Shown here piece by piece: positions 26,510 through 32,867 of a stretch of DNA of 32,867 nt. Where the stretch lies: positions 1 through 32,867 of the IMG/VR virus record IMGVR_UViG_3300020044_006781. One strand, 5' to 3'. The DNA comes from a virus (taxonomy: Duplodnaviria; Caudoviricetes). Every line of letters starts with the position of its first letter. Positions within the stretch are counted from its first letter, which is position 1. The notes beneath the pieces were generated by a model. That model ran no database searches. It worked only from the letters and a program-made list of their open reading frames with translations, and had not been told where the DNA came from. A program made the translations under genes and the position numbers.

Positions 26510-27310
26510 ATGAGCGAATTTAAGATAGAAGGCCATCCCGCGCCTAAAAAGGATTTAAAGCATGAAATCTTTAATGACCACTTCCAAAACTACAAGCGAC
26601 ATGCCATCCCCAAGGCTCAACTCGTAATTGCTGACATCCCCTACAACATCGGCAAGAATGCATACGGCTCAAATCCGGCATGGTATGAGGGAGGTGACAG
26701 CGCGAACGGGGAAAGCAAGCTGGCAAACAGCGAGTTTTTTGATACCGATAAGGATTTCCGAATATCCGAGTTTTTGCACTTTTGTTCAAAAATGCTGAAG
26801 CCGGAGAACAAAAAGGAAACCGGAACCGCGCCTTGCATGATTGTTTTTTGCGCCTTTGACCAGCAAATGGAAATCATCGAAAAGGCCAAGGAGCATGGCT
26901 TGATGAACTATATCAATCTTGTATTTACCAAGAACTTCTCTGCACAAGTGCTAAAGGCAAATATGAGGGTTGTTGGTAACTGCGAATACGGGCTGATCCT
27001 CTACCGCGACAAACTGCCGAAATTTAACAACAACGGCAAGATGGTTTTTAATCAGATGGAATGGCCTAGGGATAATGACAGTGAAAAAATCCACCCAACG
27101 CAAAAGCCTATTGTTTTGCTTCAGCGATTGATAACCCTTTTTACTGATCCCGGTGATGTGGTAATCGACCCTTGTGCCGGAAGTGGAAGCACGATCATCG
27201 CGGCATCCAGATGTGATAGATCAGGATTTGGCTTTGAAATCAAAAAGAACTTTTACAAGGAAAGCATGCAATGGCTTAAGCGTGAGAAATCGCAAATGAA
27301 GCTTTTCTAA
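26510..27310 (+). CDS. Orphan N6-adenine/N4-cytosine DNA methyltransferase (beta class)
   Basis: Catalytic ADIPY precedes HPTQKP and the SAM-binding DPCAGSGST. Confidence 0.9.
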   Translation: MSEFKIEGHPAPKKDLKHEIFNDHFQNYKRHAIPKAQLVIADIPYNIGKNAYGSNPAWYEGGDSANGESKLANSEFFDTDKDFRISEFLHFCSKMLKPENKKETGTAPCMIVFCAFDQQMEIIEKAKEHGLMNYINLVFTKNFSAQVLKANMRVVGNCEYGLILYRDKLPKFNNNGKMVFNQMEWPRDNDSEKIHPTQKPIVLLQRLITLFTDPGDVVIDPCAGSGSTIIAASRCDRSGFGFEIKKNFYKESMQWLKREKSQMKLF

Positions 27311-27421
27311 CCACCTTCCGGCCCATCGAGTGATGACGCCGAAAAACCCCCGTCGCCATTCCCTGTATTTTTACCAAGAGGTCAGGGCGTGGCGCCGGGT
27401 AACATATTTATAATTACTACC

Positions 27422-27712
27422 ATGAAAACATTAGAACAATACTCAAAAAACGGATACGGCTTTACCCTAATCAAACGCATTGGCAACTTCGCACTATTCA
27501 TTGGAACGAGCCCAATCAGTCGGAACGTCAATTATGAGGTCATAGAGATCCAATCCCACGACGGGATGAACATCGCGGGCAAGGACATTGCACCCGCTGA
27601 ATACGCGCCGGGAAATAACGCATGGGGTGCAAAGGGGTGGACGTTGCTCACGCTGGAAGATGCGGAGGCAAAGCTGGAGGAGCTTGTGAATTCTTACTCG
27701 GTCCCGAAATGA
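27422..27712 (+). CDS. Hypothetical protein
   Basis: ATG 27422; YEVI…EYAPGNNAWGAKGWT motif. Confidence 0.7.
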   Translation: MKTLEQYSKNGYGFTLIKRIGNFALFIGTSPISRNVNYEVIEIQSHDGMNIAGKDIAPAEYAPGNNAWGAKGWTLLTLEDAEAKLEELVNSYSVPK

Positions 27713-27717
27713 AATCT

Positions 27718-27880
27718 TTGACCCGTTGCGATTAGCTGGTAGATTGAGCCCGTCGCAAGACTCCGCTGGAACCGGAAAACCAAAAAAATGCACCTAAATC
27801 AAACAGCCTCCAATCCTGCTCATCTGCCCGGTTACATTTCCGGGGTTCCTCAGATGGGTAGAATTGGGGGCTTTTTGTTT
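27718..27880 (+). promoter_or_regulatory. Promoter plus attenuator-like leader upstream of replication genes
   Basis: TTGACC-N16-TAGATT, CCCGTCGCAAG, long bulged hairpin 27805-27872 followed by TTTTGTTT. Confidence 0.6.
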
Positions 27881-27893
27881 ACCTAATCACGCC

Positions 27894-28622
27894 ATGATTG
27901 AGATTGTTAAATGGTCCCAGTGCTTTGAGAGCGCGGACACACGCAAGAGGCAACGCCTTGGATGGTTTCTTTCACCATCTGGATGCGATTCGAAGGGCTT
28001 TAGAAAGCTAATGAGGGACGGCAAAGAAGGATTAGCAGCTCTAGGATTTTTTCAGGCGCTTTGTCAGTCGCTGGCGACCATGAGCATCTCCACGCGGCAG
28101 TCTGGAACCTTTCAAAACAGCGACGGCAGTATGATGGAATTTGAAGACATTCTTGAAGTTTCTAGGCTTGGCGGCATGTCTCCGGCAGACTATCGGCAGA
28201 TAACTGGCAGATTGGTGGCAAGTGGATGGATTGTGCTTCATAAGTCATTGGATTTAGAACAAAATGCCGATAGTCTGCCACCAATCTGCCACCTTTCTCC
28301 CAGCTTTGTGCAAGGAGAAGGAGAAGGACAAGAAGAAGGAGCAGGAGAAGAAGATCATCTGCCGCAGCTAGACTTTGCAAAATCGAAACCAGAGTCACCA
28401 CATCGAAGGGCAACCATGGAGCAGGTTTACCAGTTGGGACGCGGCCAAATGCCACCAATTTCGGATGAATGCTGCGAAAAGTTTTTTGACCGCATGACTG
28501 GCGATGGATGGATAAACAAGCAAGGTTTCCCATTGGCCGACTGGAGAGGGAGATTCAGAGAATGGGCCGGAGCATGGGCAACCAACTCAGAAAACCCTAA
28601 CCGCAACAATCCCCGCAAATGA
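27894..28622 (+). CDS. Replication initiator protein
   Basis: Precedes DnaB, contains iterons, a GEGEGQEE linker and C-terminal FFD…GW…DW motif. Confidence 0.7.
   Translation: MIEIVKWSQCFESADTRKRQRLGWFLSPSGCDSKGFRKLMRDGKEGLAALGFFQALCQSLATMSISTRQSGTFQNSDGSMMEFEDILEVSRLGGMSPADYRQITGRLVASGWIVLHKSLDLEQNADSLPPICHLSPSFVQGEGEGQEEGAGEEDHLPQLDFAKSKPESPHRRATMEQVYQLGRGQMPPISDECCEKFFDRMTGDGWINKQGFPLADWRGRFREWAGAWATNSENPNRNNPRK
28184..28291. repeat. Inverted iteron clusters, putative replication origin
   Basis: GGCAGA at 28184, 28195, 28206 (11-bp period). 28184-28198 and 28205-28220 are exact reverse complements of 28265-28279 and 28276-28291. Confidence 0.7.
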
Positions 28623-29983
28623 CAGACGACATCCTAAGACCATTCCCGCACGCCATCGGGCCGGAAAAAAGCCTCTTGTCCTCAATGCTGCAAGATCCCG
28701 TGGAATTCATCGGCATCGCCATCGAAGAGGGATTGACCACAGACCATTTCTACCTGCCGGCACATTCCAAGCTTTTCGGGATCATGCTGGAATTTTTCCA
28801 AGCAGGCCGCGAAATCGAATTCGTATCTCTAACACAAACCCTTTTGGACCGGGGGCAACTGGAAGCCATCGGAGGCCCGGGGGCGATGACGGACATTTAC
28901 ACCTACGCGCCAAACCCCGGCCAATTCCGGCAGCACTGCGAAACGATCAAAGGCAAGTTTGTCGGCAGGAAGCTCATCAACCTTGGGCACACCGTCACGG
29001 AATCAGTCTATGACTCGCCAGAATCGCCCGCTGAGGCCCTAGCCGATGCATCTCGGCTACTTTGTGAGGCGGAAAGCATCTGGAGCGGATCCACTGTCAT
29101 CCTCACGCGCAAAGAACTACTACGGGCGCAGGCTGAGGGATACGAGCGGCGCATCCGGGGCGAGGTGGACTCCATTGGACTCCCTACCTACCCCGCTCTA
29201 GACCATCACATCCGAGGATTGCACGGGGGGAGGCTCTACGTCATTGGAGCATATCCAGGCGGGGGCAAGTCCACGATGAGTTCGGAGATCGTTTCGAGCC
29301 TAGTCCTAGCTGGCACCTCATGCGCATACGTGCCGCTTGAGGGTAACGAGCATGACGCGATGACTCGAATGGTAATTCAATCGGCGGGCGTGCACGCATC
29401 GGCCTACACTGACCCGAAAAAATACGCCCAAGCGAATCAGGGGAACGAAATCACCAAGCTAGTGATGAACAAAATCAAACGAGCGTTTGCGGAACTTAGC
29501 AAAGCTCCGCTGCAAATCCGCAGGCCGAAGACTCCAACAATCACCCACATCGTTGCGCTTATTCGCAGATTGCACCGTGAGGACGGGATCAAGATAGTCG
29601 TGGTCGATTACGCGCAACGCATCAAGGCGACTGGCAAGCATGAGGGAGGCGATGGGGCAGCGAAAGAATGCTCGAACGCGCTGCAAGACCTAGCCGGGGA
29701 GCTTAACATAGCAATCATCGTTCCGAGCCAGTTGACCGAGGATGGCGACACGAAGCACGGCAAAGTTTGGGGCGAGGACGCTGATGTGGTTTTGCGAATA
29801 GTCCAAGATCGAAACAAGGAGTCAGAAACCTACAAGCAGCACAGATTTATGATGATCGACAAGGACCGACAAAACGGCAGCGCGGGGAATCGAGTGCCAT
29901 TGATTTTTGACCCTGAACGCATCAAATTTATCGAGGGAGATGACACAACCGCAACCATGAAAAAACCGAAATTTAACAGATGA
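28619..29983 (+). CDS. dnaB: DnaB-like replicative helicase
   Basis: PHAIGPEKSLLSSML N-domain, FYLPAH, Walker A GAYPGGGKST, VVVDYAQ, PSQL, EDADVVL. Confidence 0.9.
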   Translation: MTDDILRPFPHAIGPEKSLLSSMLQDPVEFIGIAIEEGLTTDHFYLPAHSKLFGIMLEFFQAGREIEFVSLTQTLLDRGQLEAIGGPGAMTDIYTYAPNPGQFRQHCETIKGKFVGRKLINLGHTVTESVYDSPESPAEALADASRLLCEAESIWSGSTVILTRKELLRAQAEGYERRIRGEVDSIGLPTYPALDHHIRGLHGGRLYVIGAYPGGGKSTMSSEIVSSLVLAGTSCAYVPLEGNEHDAMTRMVIQSAGVHASAYTDPKKYAQANQGNEITKLVMNKIKRAFAELSKAPLQIRRPKTPTITHIVALIRRLHREDGIKIVVVDYAQRIKATGKHEGGDGAAKECSNALQDLAGELNIAIIVPSQLTEDGDTKHGKVWGEDADVVLRIVQDRNKESETYKQHRFMMIDKDRQNGSAGNRVPLIFDPERIKFIEGDDTTATMKKPKFNR

Positions 29984-30315
29984 ACCAAGAACCATATAAC
30001 GAACCACACCAAGAAGGATGCCCGCAAACCCATTACGCCGGATGCGCCTGCCACGAACGCGGATGGCAAAACAAATGGCAAGTTGCCGTCGAGATGGCAG
30101 CACAAGCCCAGGTGGAGCGCGACGAGCTATTGGCGGCAATCCGCGCATACCGTGACGCCAAAGGGCTGTCAGTCCGCATAGACGAGCAGCTAGTAGCCAA
30201 GCTCAAGCGCATCTGCAAAGCCCGTGGGGTTACGCAGGCGCGGTGGATTAGTGAGAGGATTGAAGAGCTTCAGGAGGATGCGCTTGGAGTCACCGAGCCG
30301 AAATCAAAAGATTGA
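29980..30315 (+). CDS. Hypothetical protein with C-terminal ribbon-helix-helix-like motif
   Basis: THYAGCACHE N-terminus; LSVRIDEQLVAKLKRICKARGVTQARWI. Confidence 0.6.
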   Translation: MNQEPYNEPHQEGCPQTHYAGCACHERGWQNKWQVAVEMAAQAQVERDELLAAIRAYRDAKGLSVRIDEQLVAKLKRICKARGVTQARWISERIEELQEDALGVTEPKSKD

Positions 30316-30353
30316 GCTTGAAAAAATCAAACTGATCGGATAAATCAAACGCA

Positions 30354-30971
30354 ATGTCTGAGCTATTAAGAGATTCTTACACCGTGGATCTGGCGGACGA
30401 GCTGGATTCGCCCGAGGAGATTTTAGCCGATCAAGTCGGATGCTCTATTGAGCAGGCCAAGCGGTTTTTGAAAATCTTGAACAAAGCCGTTGCCAGCCAT
30501 GAAAAACAGGATCAGTCATTGATTTTAGCCCGTATTCTAGGGGTTTTGATCGAATCCTCTAACCTGCCAGTCATGGTCTATTGCATGGCCATTGCCGCCG
30601 GATTGGACCAGCTCAACGGCATCAAGTCAGAGGCTGAGGTTGCCAAGAAACTAGGAGTTACGCGCTCGCTTATCAGTCATTACGTCGTAGGGTTTCGAGA
30701 CATTCTATCCGGCAAAGATTCCAATTTTGACTGCTTGAAATTCAGAAAATCAAACGAGTCACGCAAGGTTTTTCAAGCCAAGGCCACCGATCCATTTACC
30801 GCTGCCAAGAATGCGGCTAAACAACGACACAAGCAAAACGTGAAATCATATATAGTAATAACACCGGACGGTCGACGATTTATCGTGCAGGCCAAAACCA
30901 AGGATCTGGCGATTAATCAGGCTCAGGCCGATGGGATCGAGATTGTAAGTATTGAATTGGCAGCGTCATGA
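30354..30971 (+). CDS. HTH protein, candidate late-gene regulator
   Basis: SEAEVAKKLGVTRSLISHY helix-turn-helix; lies after the replication genes. Confidence 0.6.
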   Translation: MSELLRDSYTVDLADELDSPEEILADQVGCSIEQAKRFLKILNKAVASHEKQDQSLILARILGVLIESSNLPVMVYCMAIAAGLDQLNGIKSEAEVAKKLGVTRSLISHYVVGFRDILSGKDSNFDCLKFRKSNESRKVFQAKATDPFTAAKNAAKQRHKQNVKSYIVITPDGRRFIVQAKTKDLAINQAQADGIEIVSIELAAS

Positions 30972-31318
30972 AAACATGCCCTAACTGCAAAGTGACGTTC
31001 CGAGCGTCAGAAACGGACTGCCACTACTGCGGCAAGCAACTGGAGAGCTTGGTGGGGGTTGCCTCGACTGCCTTGTTCGCAGTTGATTGTTGGGCCTACG
31101 GCAGCGCGGACGAACCCACGATCAGCAAGGCTCTCGCGGAGAATCGAGTGGTGAAAATCACGCCGACCGAAGATGGAAAATTCGAAGTGCTGGAAATGTG
31201 CGACGAATACTTCGGGGCGACTCTTACCGCCGAACAGCTCGCGGAATGGGGGCGCGAACTCATCGCGCTTTCTTCCGCGAACGTCCAAGAGCACACGACC
31301 CCACGAAACGAAGCCTAA
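30968..31318 (+). CDS. Cassette-associated hypothetical protein
   Basis: Reads through an attC-like right arm (VGVASTALFA) and ends inside the next site (SSANVQEHT). Confidence 0.6.
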   Translation: MKTCPNCKVTFRASETDCHYCGKQLESLVGVASTALFAVDCWAYGSADEPTISKALAENRVVKITPTEDGKFEVLEMCDEYFGATLTAEQLAEWGRELIALSSANVQEHTTPRNEA

Positions 31319-31407
31319 CCGCTATGAAAAACGAGAACCAAAATCGAAGCCAAGAACCGTTGGAAACTGGAAAGCCAGTGGGGGTCGATGTGCCTCGACT
31401 TGTTAGC
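31277..31407. mobile_element. attC-like recombination site (best preserved copy)
   Basis: GCGAAC-GTC-CAA-GAGCACA-CGACCCC … GGGGTCG-A-TGTGC-CTC-GAC-TT-GTTAGC: imperfect inverted repeat with AAC/GTT cores and unpaired bases. Confidence 0.65.
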
Positions 31408-31695
31408 CGTTACAGTGATGGCGGCAAGGGTGATCCCGAGCGAATGCTGGAAATGATGCTGCGGGATCTCTGGGGAAATCACCCGGAATGGCCCTCGACG
31501 TTTGGACGGTGTTCGACGCCCAACTGCGACGGGTCCGGGCGTGGAAGCGGGCCATGCTCGAAATGCGTCAGGGCAGCACTTGGAATGCTGGTCGGTAATG
31601 GTCCCGCCGAATCCATGCTGCGGGCGATCCAAGACGTGCGGGCGACTGCCGCGAAACTGCGGGAGTTCGTTCAGACGCGGCGCGATGGAGATTGA
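31324..31695 (+). CDS. Cassette-associated hypothetical protein (Cys-rich)
   Basis: ATG 31324 lies inside the attC-like loop; reads through the right arm (VGVDVPRLVS). Confidence 0.6.
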   Translation: MKNENQNRSQEPLETGKPVGVDVPRLVSRYSDGGKGDPERMLEMMLRDLWGNHPEWPSTFGRCSTPNCDGSGRGSGPCSKCVRAALGMLVGNGPAESMLRAIQDVRATAAKLREFVQTRRDGD

Positions 31696-31742
31696 ATTCA
31701 AATTGGCGGCTTATCGCCGTCGATCTGCCGCAACTTGTTAGC
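31651..31742. mobile_element. attC-like site with degenerate left arm
   Basis: TGCGG…CAGACGCGGCG pairs with CGCCGTCGATCTGCCGCA, then ACTTGTTAGC. Confidence 0.5.
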
Positions 31743-31753
31743 CTCTTTAAATT

Positions 31754-32149
31754 ATGAAACTGGAAGACATCCAACACGGACAATATCTCTACTACACCGA
31801 ACGCGGAAACGGAAGCGACTACGCGGACAGCCTAGTCCACGCCCGAGAAATAAACGGCGTGCTCATGGCGCACCCGGTATGCACGAACTGGCAGGGCGAA
31901 TACATCAACGAAACGCCCGACAACTGGGGGACCGACTTGCCGGTTGCATCTCACTATGACCCGGCCTGCTGGCACCCGACGCACTACACGGGAGGTGATC
32001 CCGCCGCGTGGATGGCAGCTAATTATCCTCTGGCTAACGACAAGGATCTGGCGCGGCGGGCGCTGGAATCGACATCCCGTGTCCGAGATGCAGTTCTTTG
32101 CACAACGCTGAGCTATGGCACGGCGAAACATGACTCCGATTTCAGGTAG
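31754..32149 (+). CDS. Cassette-associated hypothetical protein
   Basis: Starts just after GTTAGCC (31737) and reads through GGCTAAC (32032). Confidence 0.6.
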   Translation: MKLEDIQHGQYLYYTERGNGSDYADSLVHAREINGVLMAHPVCTNWQGEYINETPDNWGTDLPVASHYDPACWHPTHYTGGDPAAWMAANYPLANDKDLARRALESTSRVRDAVLCTTLSYGTAKHDSDFR

Positions 32150-32185
32150 CGGCTGATCGCCGTTGCCTCCCACGACTTGTTCAGC
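32032..32185. mobile_element. Two nested or tandem degenerate attC-like sites
   Basis: Left arms GGCTAACGACAAGGATCTGGCGCGGCG (32032) and CACAACGCTGAGCTATGGCACGGCG (32101); right arm CGCCGTTGCCTCCCACGACTTGTTCAGC (32158-32185). Confidence 0.5.
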
Positions 32186-32200
32186 TTTGCTCGAATCACC

Positions 32201-32596
32201 ATGAAACAACGATTTATCCAACTTGTAGGCAGCCTCAAACCCGGCCAACGCATAGACATCGCGTGGTCAAATCTCCGTGAAATCACACCATACGAACACA
32301 AAGGAGGCGTGTTCGGTCCAGTGGATCAAATCCTCGGGAATATCATGGGCGCTGCCTATGAGCTCCATGCGTGGGAAAACCACGACAAGCAATCGACCAC
32401 GTTCGAGCGACTGCCGAATCCATTGGAGGGCGGATTGAGGACGCACGTTGACCCCGATCGCGTCCACCTGTTCAGGAAGCGGCCCGATGGATTTTATGAG
32501 CCGTTTCAATCCGCGCCCCCCTTGCGGGGAGCGACAGGCTCCGCCGACGCGGCGGGTGGATCACAAACAGAAACTACTAACCAAAATGAAACTTAA
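32201..32596 (+). CDS. Cassette-associated hypothetical protein
   Basis: ATG 32201 shortly after the right arm. Confidence 0.6.
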   Translation: MKQRFIQLVGSLKPGQRIDIAWSNLREITPYEHKGGVFGPVDQILGNIMGAAYELHAWENHDKQSTTFERLPNPLEGGLRTHVDPDRVHLFRKRPDGFYEPFQSAPPLRGATGSADAAGGSQTETTNQNET

Positions 32597-32867
32597 ACAA
32601 CGCACTGAAGCGGGTCGGATGGCTCGTCTTGTTAGCCGTCTTCGGTGCTGGTGGTCAGGTCACGATCTGGAGCGCGGGAAATACGCTGATGCCGGAACGT
32701 GGGCCGAGTGCCGCTGCTGCCATCGCCGGTGGGAGCCTGTCCCCCGCGAGGACGGGTGCACACCCGTCTGGGACCACTGTAACAATGCCTACAAGTGCGA
32801 TCACTCGTCGCATCCCGGCGCGAAAGCATGGGGCGGCAAGTGTCCCGCTCATTCTCAGGCTAACGCA
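32586..32867 (+). CDS. Partial cassette-associated Cys/His-rich protein (runs off window)
   Basis: MKLKQRTEAGRMARLVSRLRCWWSGHD…; reads through the right arm at 32613-32637 and into GGCTAAC at 32858. Confidence 0.55.
   Translation, partial: MKLKQRTEAGRMARLVSRLRCWWSGHDLERGKYADAGTWAECRCCHRRWEPVPREDGCTPVWDHCNNAYKCDHSSHPGAKAWGGKCPAHSQANA

Noticed and set aside
27311-27400. Possible third copy of the leader RNA (CCCCGTCGCCA plus hairpin)
   Set aside because: Lacks the promoter geometry and the bulge-leader complementarity of the other two copies.
29300-29323. Partial gapped match of unit 1 (reverse complement) in dnaB; similar partial matches in the capsid gene
   Set aside because: Only 5 of 8 dinucleotides match, which is plausible by chance in 33 kb.
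1-32867. Integrase, CI-type repressor, small terminase, reverse transcriptase/DGR
   Set aside because: No motifs found in the window, so lifestyle cannot be determined from this sequence.

Overview
Most of a tailed (siphovirus-like) phage genome, with all credible genes on the + strand. Order: lambda-GpA-type terminase, an inserted accessory/RNA region (2.0-4.9 kb), portal, ClpP protease, capsid, neck and tail genes with a -1 frameshifted chaperone, tape measure, beta-helix tail spike, lysis genes, then an early/replication region (RecT, YqaJ exonuclease, RuvC-like resolvase, DNA methylase, initiator with iterons, DnaB) and small genes bounded by attC-like sites. The main finding is at 2971-4516. 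A lone RAMP/Cas7-like gene is followed by two non-coding arrays of perfectly phased GGC-NN pentamers, cut into five units by a constant GGCATCGCA delimiter and flanking a conserved accessory gene. This looks like a compact phage RNA-guided system with a non-contiguous guide code (VIPR-like), not a CRISPR array. Other notable signals: an integron-like cassette array with no integrase in the window, a minimal tRNA-like RNA and a structured RNA beside tRNA-Arg, a TTGAC-N12-YA motif before late genes, and two paralogous switch-like leader RNAs. All calls come from reading motifs by eye; no searches were run.
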